Assembly (NCBI RefSeq): GCF_009914755.1
Contig: NC_060926.1
Source of the DNA: the human T2T-CHM13v2.0 reference genome, Homo sapiens
Length of the DNA: 64,000 nucleotides
Direction: 5' to 3' (one strand)
Position 1 is the first letter of the stretch. Every line of letters starts with the position of its first letter. Shown one piece after another: positions 45,687 through 60,089 of the stretch. The position numbers and the translations under genes were made by a program. The notes under the pieces were generated by a model. The model searched no databases and had not been told where the DNA came from. It worked only from the letters and a program-made list of their open reading frames with translations.

Positions 45687-46701
45687 TTACATTTTGGCAT
45701 GACTTTGCAGCGGCTGGTACCGGTTGTTCCTTTCCATGTTTAGTGCTTCCTTCAGGAGCTCTTTTAGGGCAGGCCTGGTGGTGACAAAATCTCTCAGCAT
45801 TTGCTTGTCTGTAAAGGATTTTATTTCTCCTTCACTTATGAAGCTTAGTTTGGCTGGATATGAAATTCTGGGTTGAAAATTCTTTTCTTTAAGAATGTTG
45901 AATATTGGCCCCCACTCTCTTCTGGCTTGTAGGGTTTCTGCTGAGAGATCCGCTGTTAGTCTGATGGGCTTCCCTTTGAGGGTAACTCGACCTTTCTCTC
46001 TGGCTGCCCTTAACATTTTTTCCTTCATTTCAACTTTAGTGAATCTGACAATTATGTGTCTTGGAGTTGCTCTTCTCAAGGAGTATCTTTGTGGCGTTCT
46101 CTGTATTTCCTGAATCTGAACGTTGGCCTGCCTTGCTAGATTGGGGAAGTTCTCCTGGATAATGTCCTGCAGAGTGTTTTCCAACTTGGTTCCATTCTCC
46201 CCATCACTTTCAGGTACACCAATCAGACGTAGATTTGGTCTTTTCACATAGTCCCATATTTCTTGGAGGCTTTGCTCGTTTCTTTTTATTCTTTTTTCTC
46301 TAAACTTCCCTTCTCGCTTCATTTCATTCATTTCATCTTCCATTGCTGATACCCTTTCTTCCAGTTGATCGCATCAGCTCCTGAGGCTTCTGCATTCTTC
46401 ACGTAGTTCTCGAGCCTTGGTTTTCAGCTCCATCAGCTCCTTTAAGCACTTCTCTGTATTGGTTATTCTAGTTATATATTCTTCTAAATTTTTTCAAAGT
46501 TTTCAACTTCTTTGCCTTTGGTTTGAATGTCCTCCCGTAGCTCAGAGTAATTTGATCGTCTGAAGCCTTCTTCTCTCAGCTCGTTAAAGTCATTCTCCGT
46601 CCAGCTTTGTTCGTTGCTGGTGAGGAACTGCGTTCCTTTGGAGGAGGAGAGACGCTCTGCTTTTTAGAGTTTCCAGTTTTTCTGTTCTGTTTTTTCCCCA
46701 T
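45687..46701 (-). pseudogene. L1 ORF1, frameshifted in its N-terminal third
   Basis: ATGGGGAAAAAACAG at 46701; apparent 1-nt deletions near 46612 and 46490; the C-terminal 218 aa are open (45687..46343). Confidence 0.9.
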
Positions 46702-47610
46702 CTTTGTGGTTTTATCTACTTTTGGTTTTTGATGATGGTGATGTACAGATGGGTTTTTGGTGTGGATGTCCTTTCTGTTTGTTAGTTTTCCTTCTAACAG
46801 ACAGGACCCTCAGCTGCAGGTCTGTTGGAGTACCCTGCCGTGTGAGGTGTCAGTGTGCCCCTGCTTGGGGGTGCCTCCCAGTTAGGCTGCTCGGGGGTCA
46901 GGGGGTCAGGGACCCACCTGAGGAGGCAGTCTGCCCGTTCTCAGATCTCCAGCTGCGTGCTGGGAGAACCACTGCTCTCTTCAAAGCTGTCAGACAGGAA
47001 CATTTAAGTCTGCAGAGGTTACTGCTGTCTTTTTGTTTGTCTGTGCCCTGCCCCCAGAGGTGGAGCCTACAGAGGCAGGCCGGCCTCCTTGAGCTGTGGT
47101 GGGCTCCACCCAGTTCGAGCTTCCCGGCTGCTTTGTTTACCTAAGCAAGCCTGGGCAATGGCGGGCGCCCCTCCCCCAGCCTCGCTGCCGCCTTGCAGTT
47201 TGATCTCAGAGGGCTGTGCTAGCAATCAGTGAGACTCCGTGGGCGTAGGACCCTCCCAGCCAGGTGCCGGATATAATCTCGTGGTGCGCCGGTTTTTAAG
47301 CCCGTCGGAAAAGCGCAGTATTCAGGTGGGAGTGACCCGATTTTCCAGGTGCCGTCTGTCACCCCTTTCTTTGACTAGGAAAGGGAACTCCCTGACCCCT
47401 TGCACTTCCCGAGTGAGGCAATGCCTCGCCCTGCTTCAGCTCGCACATGGTGCGCGCACCCACTGACCTGCGCCCACTGTCTGGCACTCCGTAGTGAGAT
47501 GAACCCGGTACCTCAGATGGAAATGCAGAAATCACCCATCTTCTGCGTCACTCAAGCTGGGAGCTGTAGACCGGAGCTGTTCCTATTCGGCCATCTTGGC
47601 TCCTCCGCTC
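46702..47610 (-). promoter_or_regulatory. L1 5'UTR: internal sense promoter (YY1 motif aagatggc) and antisense promoter; CpG-rich
   Basis: gccatctt at ~47590-47597 on +; the most CpG-dense stretch of the window. Confidence 0.85.
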
Positions 47611-48739
47611 TATTTGCAGTTCTTAAAGGTAAGGCTATCAGCTTTTCTTCATTCAGTACGTTGTTAGCTGTGGGTGTATCATGTATGGACTTTATTAGGT
47701 TGAGGCATGTTCCTTCTATGCCTAGTTTGTTGGGCATTTTTGTCATAAAAGGATGTTGAATTTTATTAGATGCTTTTTCTGTGTCTATGAAGATGATAAT
47801 ATGATTTTTGTTCTTTGTTCTGTTGATGTGATGTAGCACATTTATTGATTTGCATATGGTAACCATCCTTGCATCCCTGAGGTAAATCCCACTTGATCAC
47901 AATGTATTATCTTTTTGATATGCTCTTAGATTTGATTTGCTAGTATTTTGTTGAGATTGTTCACATCTATGTTCATGAGTAATGTTGGCCTGAAGGTTTT
48001 TGTTGTTGTTATTCCTTGTTTGGTTTTGGTATCAAAGTAATGCTGGTTTCATAGGATGAGTTAGGAAGAATTCCTTCCTCTTCTATTTTTTGGAATAGCT
48101 TGAGGAGAATTGGCATTAGTTCTTTTTTATCTGTAAATTTTGTAGAATTCAGCAATGTAGCCATCAGGTTCTGGGCTTTTCTTTGCTGGGAGACTGTTTA
48201 TTACCGTTTTAATCTCATTACTTTTTATTAGTCTGTTTCTATTTCTTCCCGATTCAATTTTGGTAGGTTGTAGGTGTCCAGGAATTTACTCATTTTCTCT
48301 AGGTTTTCCAGTTTGTTAGTGTGTAGTTCTACTCATAGTAGTCTCTAATGATGATTTGTATTTTTGTGGTATCAGTTGTAATGTTTCCTTTTTCATTTCT
48401 GATTTTGTTTGTTTGGGTCTTCTTTCTTTTTTTCTTGGTTAGTCTAGCTAATTGCTTATCAATTTTGTTTATCTTTAAAAAAACACTTTTCATTTCGTTG
48501 ATCCTTTGTATTTTTTTTGTCTCTGTTTTGTTTAGTTCTGCTCTGATTTTATTATTTATTTCCGTCTACTATAGTAATTTTGGGTTTGGTTTATTCTTGC
48601 TTTTCTAGTTCCTTGAAGTGCATTGTTAGGTTGTTTATTTGAAATCTTTCTACTTTTTGATCTCTACTGTATTTGCAACAGGTATCAGAGTTGGGTAGGG
48701 AAAAATAGATTATTTATTCATTTTTCAAGGGTGGGCCTG

Positions 48740-49300
48740 TCACATATTCTGAGTACCTTGGTGTCATCATGACTTCATCAGCCATACCTTTCTTGATTCT
48801 TCATGTTCATCTTGACCTCCAGACCTTTAACTTTAAAAAAAAAATTGTGTGTCCATTTCTGGCTCCACCTGACTCCAGGCAAATCCCCAGCTCTTGGCAT
48901 CCCTTGCTGTTCACTTTCTCTGCTCCTGCTTTCTTCCCTGCCAAACTTCTTGAGAGTGCAACTTGCACTGGCTGTCTCAGTTTCCTGTTTTCTGACATCT
49001 CTTTAATCCATGACCACTTCTCTTACATTCTGGAAGGTCACAGAGACTTCCAAAGGCTAACACCCAATAGATCTTTACGTCAGAGCTTATTCTGCCTGAC
49101 TTATTTACGTAATGTACCGTAGTTCCCCAACTCTACTCAAGTTTGTATCCCTCCTCTTTCATGATACTATATGACCTCCTCCCATATCTCTAACTGTTCT
49201 TGCTCTGAATTGTTCACAGCATTTTTTTGTTTTTTTGGTGTGGGGGAAGCAGAGTTCACTCCCAGGCTCTTGAATCTGGCATCACCCAGGAAAGGAGACT
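48740..49300 (+). mobile_element. L2 LINE fragment
   Basis: Pyrimidine-rich L2-like segment: gccaaacttcttgagagtgcaacttgcactggctgtctc...tcctcccatatctctaactgttc. Confidence 0.55.
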
Positions 49301-49315
49301 TACATGGTAGTATGG

Positions 49316-49674
49316 TGATACGGTTTTGTTCTGTGTCCCCACTCAAACCTCATCTCAAATTGTAATCCCCACCTGTTGAAGGAGGGAGGTGATTGGATCA
49401 TGGGGCGGTTTTCCCCATGCTGTTCTCATGATACTGAGTCAGCTGTCATGAAATCTGATGGTTTTATAAGCCTCTGGCATTTCCCCTGCCTGCACTTATC
49501 TCTCCTCCTGCCATGTGAAGAAGGTGCTTTCTTCCCCTTCACCTTCCACCATGATTGTTAGTTTCCTGAGACCTCCCCAGCCATGAGGAACTGTGAGTCA
49601 ATTAAACCTCTTTCCTTTATGATTTACCCAGTCTCGGGTATTTCTTTATAGCAGTGTGAAAACGAACTAATACA
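49316..49674 (+). mobile_element. THE1 (THE1C/D-like) MaLR solo LTR
   Basis: tgatacggttt...gaactgtgagtcaattaaacctcttt...actaataca; perfect 5-bp TSD tatgg (49311-49315, 49675-49679). Confidence 0.93.
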
Positions 49675-51256
49675 TATGGTTATTTGTGGGCTTCCCATGC
49701 TAGGTTGTATATATCTCGAAACAGAGATTTTTGCCTTACTTAATGTTGTATCTGTCACAGTTATTGAATAATGCTTTCTATTATTTCTTTAAAAAGTTAT
49801 TTGGTTCTCTTCATCCTAACCGTGGAAGTGCATTTCTAATCTGAATACATAAGTCACTGAGGGAAAAATAGCATTCAATGTAGTATGCAGAAATTTGCTT
49901 TATAGTCATATTTTTAGGATTTTACTTATTATTTAACAGCACTACTAACATAAAACAATATATAAATCAGTTTACATCAGAGAGTGATGCCTAGTTCTTC
50001 TGAGTTAGAAAGCTGTATCTTATTTTCTAAACCAACAAATTGTCCTCTCAACTTTGTATCTGCGCTTGACATCTTACCCATTCTTCTGGTTCAGCTCAAA
50101 TGATGTACCACACTGTATTACGGATTCTTTTCTAACTACCCGTTAGTTGAAAACTTTTGCCTCCTTCAAATTTTGTATAGTCATTATTTTCTCTCTGATG
50201 ACACAATCATGTTATAATTATTTTCATACTTCCCATCTTCTACTTTCCAAGTTTCATGATATCAAGATCAATAGTTCACCTTTCATGGGGGGTTTGGGAT
50301 CTTCTCTAGCTTCCTCCAGCTGGCTCTATATACTGCATGTCTTAGGTCTCTGATAAGTGTTTTAAAATTTAGATCAAATGGACAGATTTTGAAAGACAAG
50401 CTTGGAATTGAATCATAATTTGGGAAGAGGGAACAACTAATTAAGTGCAACACCAAAACCACCTGCAGAAGATGGGATGAAAAAGACCATTTTTAGGTGG
50501 TATCTCTTCTCTCCTTGGGGCTAAAAGCTCAAGCAAAAAGCTCATGAAAACCCCTAAGAATGAGCCACCTGGAAAACCAAGCCTTCCAGGTTGGGGACCT
50601 CCTTTGAGCATCTAAATGAAATCTTAGCTATTTCTTGAAATCTCAGTATTTCTTGGGACTGAAAGAAAGGGTAGAAAACAATTTGGTGAGAACTTTTCAA
50701 AGACATTTAGAAGTTCTGCTTATAGCCTTAATTTAAGACCCAGGACACTCTCATGCTGCTTCAAACTTCCCTTCCCCAAAACCAGGTCCTTACCTTGTTT
50801 AGAGCATAAACATAATTAAAGGAAAGAAAAACAATCCATTAACACCTCTTCAAGGACTCCTTGAAACAAAAAAGAACCAAATTCCCTCTTTGCTCTCAGT
50901 CTGATCAAAAGATTTTCCTTCTTATTTGAAACAGAGAGGATCATCCATCTTTCCTTAAAATATGGACATTTTTTAAGATTCTTAGGCTGAAGGTCAGTTT
51001 GGAATATCAGATAGATACAGCAAACCAGCCCAGATAAGAGTTTCCAAAGCTATTCATCACTTGAATAAAAGCCAAGCAAGCAGGTATTGATCCTAATCCT
51101 GAGGACAGGTTGAAAGAAGCAGGTACGGTCACAATAAAGTGGTTACTCAAGCATCTGAAAGAGATGAGACTGTAATGAAGCAGGAGACATGCGGGAAACG
51201 GAAATCATTATGTCACAGATAGAAAAGACACTCATCAGACAAGTCAAGTATGACCT

Positions 51257-51314
51257 GAAAAGCCATGTTATATCACCCAAACCAGGGAAAAGCCATTATA
51301 TCACCCAAACTGGG
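51257..51314. repeat. Short tandem duplication (2 x ~29 bp)
   Basis: gaaaagccatgttatatcacccaaaccagg / gaaaagccattatatcacccaaactggg. Confidence 0.85.
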
Positions 51315-52689
51315 GAAATCAAAATGGAACTCAGTGGGCTTGGGTTTGTGGGCAGAGAAGATCCTTAACCAGGGTAAGTCAGGGATGAGGATTCTACTCC
51401 AAGACTATGGAAGTGATATCATGTTGATGACAGCCACAGCCAGATTGTGGGCCTCCCATTCATGTTCAGGTCCTTGTTCTCCAGGCTACACTCTGTCCTG
51501 GTTCTCCCTTTACCTTTTGAGATGGTTCTATAAAGATACGCTACAGTTTAAAATTCCTGCTTGCCCCCATACCCTGCTCACTTTACATGTTTTCCTGGAC
51601 TTATAACGTCTGGGAGTGTGTACCAAGGGCAAATCTCAGCACACAAACTCACATGTGAAAAAAATAGGTAGCTTTCTTGATTTTTCTATAACTTAATTTC
51701 TGTTTTGCATCACCATTCTACTGAAGTGGCAAAAAATTTGATTTCAGTCATTTATTTTTCAGCCTAGGGTTTCTCCTTCCCAGACAAAAATGTCTGTAAA
51801 ACTGTCTAAGAGCCTGCCCAACCTACACTCATAATGCAGCACCTCTTTGTGGCTGCTGCAGAGCTCACCTCTCTAGGGCCAACCAGCATCTATATTTCCA
51901 ACATTTCCCTTCCCTCTACCTGTGGTCTCTCAATATAGCCAGGACACATTATTTCTGGTCTCCAAATTGTTTGAGGTAGGAGACGGAGAAGAGTGAGCAT
52001 GTTCCTTAAACTCTCAAATATGATTTACTAAAACCTTAAATTTTTTGTGTTCCTTTCAGCACATAAGCTATTGAAATACAAAACCCCAGAAGAATATCTG
52101 AGGATGGCTGCTTTCTGTCCTGTCTGAGGGATGAGCCCAGGGCAAGGTTCAAATGGGGCAGGTGCCAAAGGGCAAGGAAGTGGTTGGGCAGTGCATGGTG
52201 TGGGTGTGGAGGTGCACGTTGGCTAATACTCCCCAAATGATATCCTATAGCAACAGCTGCAGAAGCCAACAGTGTTTGAACCCAGCCCATGGATCTGTTT
52301 GTGACTCCTGTCATACTGTAGTTCACATCTGGTGTTATTATTAAGGATAACTAGCCTTCTTTTACCTTTCCCCTTTTTGACTTCCCTGAGAGAAGCCACC
52401 CATTGCCAGTCCCCTGCCCCGTCGAGCTCTGCTCTTCCTCTCTCTCCCTCCACAAACTCTTGCAATGACTGTTTTCTTCTTTATACTGATCATATGTTTG
52501 CTCTAGAGTAATAGAGGATGTCACTGTTGATGGCTACATTTCTAATACATAAATCCCACATCTCATGTATCATTTCTATCAGACACTGTGACGTTCCACA
52601 TAAGGCATTATTCTGGAAACCGGAAGTTTGCCTGCTTTAAGTTGCACATCTTTAACAAAGTTATAGTTTTTTGTGCTTATAAGGCACAT

Positions 52690-53928
52690 TTTCATTGTGG
52701 TAAAACATATATAATATAACATTACCATTTTAACTATTTTAAGTGTATAATTCAGTTGCAGTAAGTATAGTCACATTGTTGTACGGCCGTCACCACTGTC
52801 AATCTCTAGAATTTTTTATCAGCCCAAACAGAAGCTCTGTTTCCTCCCTCCAGGCCCTGGTAACCACTGTTCTACTTTATGTTTATGAATTTGACTACCC
52901 TAGGAACCTCGCATAAGTGGAATCGTATAATATTTATCCTTTTGTATCTGGCTTATTTCACTTAGCATAATGTTTTCAATGTTCATCCATGTAGCATTTG
53001 TCAAAATTTCCTTCCTTTTTAAAAGGAATAATATTTAATTGTATATATAAATTACATTTTGTTTGTGTATTCATTCCTTCATAGACATTTGAGTTGTTTC
53101 CACCTTTTGGCTATTGTGAGTAATGCTGCTATGATCACGAGTGTGAGTGTACACATATCTGTTCAAGTCCTGCTTTCAGGTCCTTTGGGTATATACCTAG
53201 AAGTGGAATTGCTGGACCATGTAGTAATTTTGTATTTAATTTTCTGAGGAACTGCCACACTATTTTCTACAGCCGCGTATTCATTCTACATTTCCAACCG
53301 TAATGCACAAGGGTTATGATTTTTCTACATCTTCACCAATATTTGCTATTTTCTATTTTGTTTTGTTTTGTGACAGCCATCCTAATGGATGTGAAATGGT
53401 ATCCCACTGTGGCTCTGATCTGTATTTCCCTAATGAATAAGCATCTTTTCATGTGCTTATTGGCCATTTGTATATCTTCTTTGGAGAAATGTCTATGCAA
53501 GTCTTTGCCCGCTTTTAAATTGGGTTATTTTTGTTGTTGTTGTTGAGTTGGAGTTTTTAATACACTCTAGATATTAATTTCTTATCAAATATGTAATTTA
53601 CAAATATTTTCTCCCATTTTATCGGTTGCTGTTTGACTTTTTTGATAGTGTCCTTTAATGCACAAAAGTTTTTAACTTTGATGAAGTACAATTTACTTAT
53701 TTTTTCTTCTATGGTCTATGCTTTTGGTGTTATATCCAAGAAACTATTGCCAAATCCAATGTCATGAAGGCTTATCCCTATGTTTTCTTCTAACAGTTTT
53801 ACAGTTTTAGCTCTTATATTTAGATCTTTGATCTATTTGAGTTAATTTTTTGCATATGCTTTAAGGTAAGGGCCCAACTTCATTCTTTTGCATGTGGATA
53901 TCCAGTTTTCTCAGCACCATTTGTCAAA
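52690..53928 (-). mobile_element. L1MB-like 3' end (3'UTR plus end of ORF2)
   Basis: ttgtggtaaaacatatata...gcttatttcacttagcataatgttttc...atatccagttttctcagcaccatttg. Confidence 0.88.
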
Positions 53929-54897
53929 AAATATTTTTAGATATTTAAAATGTCTATTACACATGATTCTGCTATTTTAAACAGTATGTAGAAGATGGCA
54001 AACATTTTCTCGAGAGTTCTTGGTCACCGCTAGGATCATTAACACTTGTTCCATGTTGTCTTACAGGAAGTCTCCCAGGGGCTTTTCTATACTGCTACCC
54101 TTGGACTGCTGGGATTCATTTATCCTTCTCTAGTTTTGCATGGCTTTGTTTGCTCTTTTTTGTCATCAAACTGTTGACTGTCAAACTCTGAGCTATTATG
54201 TCTTCCTCATAGGAGTGCACCCTCTTCATTTGTTTCTATAGAAACAAAACTGATAGCCAAACTTAACAGAAATTGTATATAAACTTAAAGCCAATATTCT
54301 CTAAGAAAAGATCTAGAGGATTCATGAATAAGACAAAGGGAATTATGTTTAGTTAAAGGAGAGCTATTGACTTTGCTAAGAAGTTGCTGTCATCTATGTT
54401 GAAGTCTTTGTCTGATGTCTATGTAGTTGGGTATTACTCCTTGGTGTGTTAGTAAATGTCTAAAAACTAGCTTTCAGGGGTGGTGGTGGAGGTCTTGATT
54501 TAGAGCAGTTGCTGATTTCCATGGTGTAAATACTCCAAGTATGGCCAATTTTAAACTACGCTATGCTATCACTGCATGTAGAATTGAGAAGAGATGTGCA
54601 ATGGAGTGTCATTTTTCACCACATTGCTACCGTAGTCATAAATAACATAGATAATAGTAAAACAATTAGAAGTTAAGCATTTTGAGTATTTATTACCTTT
54701 ATTATTATTTTTTAAAGCTACTCATGTATTTGAAAACTTATTTAGAATGTTTTACATATTCATATGTAGAAATACAAAAGATGAAGTGAAAAGGTTAATA
54801 TCACAAATACATGACATATATAGCAACATATTATATAATATAAAGGATATATTGTATTGTATATAATAGAAATAGATAGATATATAATTTAGTTTAA

Positions 54898-55201
<304 letters not shown>

Positions 55202-55369
55202 TAAAAGGTATTTTTAACAGACCGAATGGAAAATTGGTTAAATTATTCAGATTTTAAGAGTTTTAACATGTACATACAAATAGATAAATTCCAGAATGCT
55301 GATAAATTAATTTATGACACAGACTAATTTTTGTGCATGGTAGTTATAATTAAGAAAACGTGGTTTCAC

Positions 55370-55560
55370 CTCATACATTCTGTCTCTGCAATTTACTAGC
55401 TGCGTGAACTTGGGCAAATTATATATAAACTTTTGGTTCCTCAATTTCCACATCTGTAAAACACCAATAATTATACCCTATCTAATCAGCTTGTCACGTG
55501 AAAGGACAATAATGTGTGTAAAATGCATAGTACAGTGCCTGAAGTCAACCATAAATGATT
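55370..55560 (+). mobile_element. MIR SINE
   Basis: tactagctgcgtgaacttgggcaaatt...cctcaatttccacatctgtaaaa...tagtacagtgcctg. Confidence 0.8.
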
Positions 55561-55568
55561 GGTCTGTA

Positions 55569-56096
<528 letters not shown>

Positions 56097-56309
56097 AATT
56101 ATAATAACTATCACGTATCACATATGGGCATGTAATGTTTGTATATGTGAATTATATTCATATAATGTAGTGTCATGTCAATTAAGCAAGTGGTCAAAAG
56201 AATTTAAAAATCTGTCCAGTGATTTTTAGTTTGAAAAAAAAAAAATCTAAATTGGAAGAGTAGCTATGTGATAATCAGGCCTAACATCTCTGGAGTAAGT
56301 TGCCTGCAC

Positions 56310-56495
56310 ACAATTACCAGCTGCATCATTCACTAGCTTATAACTTTGGGCAAGTTACTCAACTACTGTTTCCTCATTTATCAACTAGGGATAATGAAGA
56401 TGCCTATCTTTCATTGTGTTGTTAGAACATCACATGATTTAATATTGGTAAAATGCGTATAACATTGTTTGGACTATAGCAAGCACTACATATTT
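56310..56495 (+). mobile_element. MIR SINE
   Basis: cactagcttataactttgggcaagttactcaac...tttcctcatttatcaactagggataat. Confidence 0.75.
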
Positions 56496-56518
56496 ATGTT
56501 TTGGGAAATTTAATGGAA

Positions 56519-57137
56519 CTGTTGCTGGGAATGTAAATTAGTTCAACCATTGCGGAAAGCAGTATGGTAATTCCTCAGAGAACTAAAAACAGAACTATCA
56601 TTCGACTCAGAAATCCCATTACTGGGTATATAGCCAAAAGAATGTAAGTCGTTCTACCATAAAGACACATGCACGTGTATGTTCATTGCAGCACTATTTA
56701 CAACAGCAAAGACATGGAATCAACCTAACTGCCCATCAATGGTAGACTAAAGAAAATGTGGTACATATACACCATGAAATACTCTGCACCCATAAAAAAA
56801 ATGAGATCATGTCCTTTGCAGGAACATGGATGGAGCTAGAGGCCATTATCCTTAGCAAACTAACGCAGGAACAGAAAATCAAATGCCACAAATCCTCAAT
56901 TATAAATGGGAGCTAAATGATGAGAACACACAGACACATAGAGGGTAACAACAGACCCCTGGGCCTACTGGAGAGTGGAGGGTGGGAGGAGGGAGAAGAT
57001 CAGGAAAAATAACTAATAGGTACTAGGCTTAATACCTATGAAATAATCTGTACAACAAACCCCCATGACATGAGTTAACTTATGTAACAAACCTGCACAT
57101 GTACCCCTGAACTTAAAATGAAAGTTTTAAAAAAAAA
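56519..57137 (+). mobile_element. 5'-truncated old primate L1 (L1PA13-16-like) 3' end
   Basis: ORF2 end plus 3'UTR ...cctgcacatgtacccctgaacttaaaatgaaagtt-polyA; TSD gaaatttaatggaa (56505-56518) / gaaatttgatggaa (57138-57151). Confidence 0.92.
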
Positions 57138-57559
57138 GAAATTTGATGGAAATAGGTATTTGGAATGAAATATTGCTAGTCACTAATATTCAATATCAGT
57201 AACATACTTTTGCATTAGAACTGAAAAACAGATGCTATATAAAAGGTCTGGGGTAATTGTGAAAAAGCATTCTCCAGACCTTATATGAAAGATCAAACTG
57301 ATCCTCATTTCATGTTAGCTATTTGTCATCATAGAAAACAATATGTTAATCTTGCCGGGACCTATATAAAACACTGTGGAATATGTTTGTAAAAGTATCC
57401 AGCATCCCTGAAGCCCTGAATCTCAAATACTACATGACAAACTGCTGGGAATGTTCAAATCATGATAACCATACACAGTTCCTGTGTTGGGTGCAGGTCT
57501 TGGAAGTGGATTTTCAGTGATGAATCCCTCTGTCTCAACTGGCTTGACTTCCCCTACTT

Positions 57560-57995
57560 CCCCAGCCTTGCTCAAATGGCCTCACATCACCCCCTTACTC
57601 CATCTAGGCAATGCCCTCTTCCCTTTCCATAACATGTCCTACTATTTGCCTCCTCCAAGGCTTGGCTATTCTTGCTGATCCCTCTTACTAGAATGTTCTT
57701 CCCATTTCTCTCTGACCATCTCACCCCCAATCTACACATCTTTTAAGATTCAACTCAAGTACTAACCTCTTCCATTGAAGCCTTTCCCCAACGCCCAGGA
57801 TTGAAGTAACAATTCCCTCTTTTTCACCTGCTTACACCATGAACAGAGCGCCATTTAAAACTGTCATTGAGCCTCCTTAAAGGCCAGAGCACTTGTCTTA
57901 TTTATTTATTTACTCATCAGCCCCTGGCATAGAGCCTGGCTCGTTTAACTGATTCCATTGACTTAGAGAATGGAAGGAAGGGAGGGAAGAAAGAA
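57560..57995 (+). mobile_element. L2 3' end
   Basis: ctagaatgttcttccc...ttaagattcaactcaag...ccctggcatagagcctggc...gaatggaaggaagg. Confidence 0.7.
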
Positions 57996-58285
57996 AGAAG
58001 AAACAACATCCATTTGTAGAGTGTATGACCTAGAGAAAGGACACCAACAATGGGCATGAATGTATACATGAAAATCTGTGGCCCCTGGTTTCAATAAGAC
58101 CAACAGAAAAACCATGCTGGCATTAAGCAATCAGTTTCTCATAAACTTAATGCAGCATCACATCTCTGCTTCATGGAGAAACACTGTTCCGGATTTCAGT
58201 AACCATCAGAAGTTTACTTTCAAACACTGGAATTCTCTAGCTTTCTATTTTTATAAATTAACTCCCATCTTTCAAAGATCTTCAC

Positions 58286-58387
58286 TCAGGAGGCTGAGGT
58301 GACAGGATCACTTGAGCTTGGAAGGTGGAGGCTGCTGTGAGCTGAGATTACAGCACTGCACTCCATCCTGGGTGACAGAGGAAGACC
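58286..58387 (+). mobile_element. AluJ right-arm fragment with no tail and no TSD (putative spliced Alu exon on the - strand)
   Basis: tcaggaggctgaggtgacaggatcacttgagc...gggtgacagaggaagacc, with abrupt ends on both sides. Confidence 0.85.
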
Positions 58388-58576
58388 CAGAATGAAGATC
58401 CTAAGTCCCTCATATAAATATGTTCTGTTAGTTCAAAGGTCTTTCTGTGCCTTTTCCACAGTCTCTCTCTCCAGATTCTTCCTCCAGCCTCCAGCCACTA
58501 GCCCAGAAATTTTGTCTTGTTGAGCAATAGGGCAGACAATTCATAGAAATAAAAAGGATTAGAAGAGAACACTATG

Positions 58577-58693
58577 GGCTAGATACAGTGGCTGACATCT
58601 GTAACCCCAGCACTTTGGGAGTCCAAGGCAGGAAGATCATTTGAAGCCGGGAATTTGAGACCAGCCTGGGCAAGAAAGCATGCCACCATCTCT
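58577..58693 (+). mobile_element. AluJ/FLAM left-arm fragment ending before its A-rich tract
   Basis: ggctagatacagtggctgacatctgtaaccccagcactttggga...ccatctct followed by non-Alu cctcctcacag. Confidence 0.85.
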
Positions 58694-58716
58694 CCTCCTC
58701 ACAGAACTTCAGTTAG

Positions 58717-59041
<325 letters not shown>

Positions 59042-59359
59042 TTTAATATAATTCTTTTAATCTTACGTTTATACGGTTTAATTTTTAACAAATGCCATGT
59101 TTAACAACCAGCTCACCAAATTCCTGAAAAGTTAACAATTTACCCTTGCAAGCAAGGATTAGCCATCTCTAGCACACCTCTGGCATGATCAACTACTTTG
59201 CAATGAGGGCAATAAAGTCATAAAATTTATTATTCCCAAGAATTTGTACAGACAAAATATAAATAGAGTTTTTGAAGGCTCATATTAATTAACAGATGAC
59301 ATGCATGATCAGTTACTAATGGAAACAGGAATATTTAGATGGTATTCTGCAGAATACTA

Positions 59360-59575
59360 GATAACTAAAATTTTCTGAGTGTTTATTTTGTGCCAGGCAC
59401 TAAGATACGTTCTTTATTGTCATTATCTTGTTGAATCCTGATAAGAACCTATGGGTAGGTGCTGTTCTTATTTGCAGTCTATAGATGAGAAAACTGAGGC
59501 TGAAGGAAGTTCATGTGTTTAAAGACACGTTAGGTGTTGAGCCCGTATCTGTGTGATATCATGCCTTCAATAATT
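59360..59575 (-). mobile_element. MIR SINE
   Basis: tgtgccaggcactaag...tatagatgagaaaactgaggctgaaggaagtt. Confidence 0.75.
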
Positions 59576-59629
59576 CTTTATTGGAAGTCTACTGTTTGCC
59601 AGATAAGCAGTAAGGGGAACACAGAAGGG

Positions 59630-60080
59630 GATAACATGGCTGGGTGGAGACTGAAAGGGACCATCGTACAAAGTAAAGCTAGAGAAACGTGGATGGCCAG
59701 ACCATGCAAAACCTTCTAGGCCATGTTAAAGAGTTTGTTCTGACTCAGGAGCAGTGAAAGCCACTGTAAGGTTTTAACTGTGGGGCATGAAATATCTTCA
59801 ACTCTGCCTTTTGAAGGCACTTTCTGTGGAGTGTACATAGGAAACTAGTTAAAAGGCCACCTCAGTGATCATGCAGGGGATGAGGCTAACTTGGGCTGGG
59901 GTGACGTTGGTTTGTGGTTTCTGCAGCTGGATGAATGGTGCTGTCCTTCATGGAGACAGGAAACTGCAAGAGAAGCAGCTCAGAGGGGAAATCAAGAGTT
60001 GAATTTTGGAAATGTGGACTTTTAGCTTTCTCTAAGAGTTCCCAGAAGAGAAGTTAAGTAAGAAATTGGAGACTCATGCC
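59630..60080 (-). mobile_element. L2 fragment
   Basis: ctaggccatgttaaagagtttg...gccactgtaaggttttaac...atcaagagttgaattttggaaatgt. Confidence 0.65.
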
Positions 60081-60089
60081 ATTAAGTTC

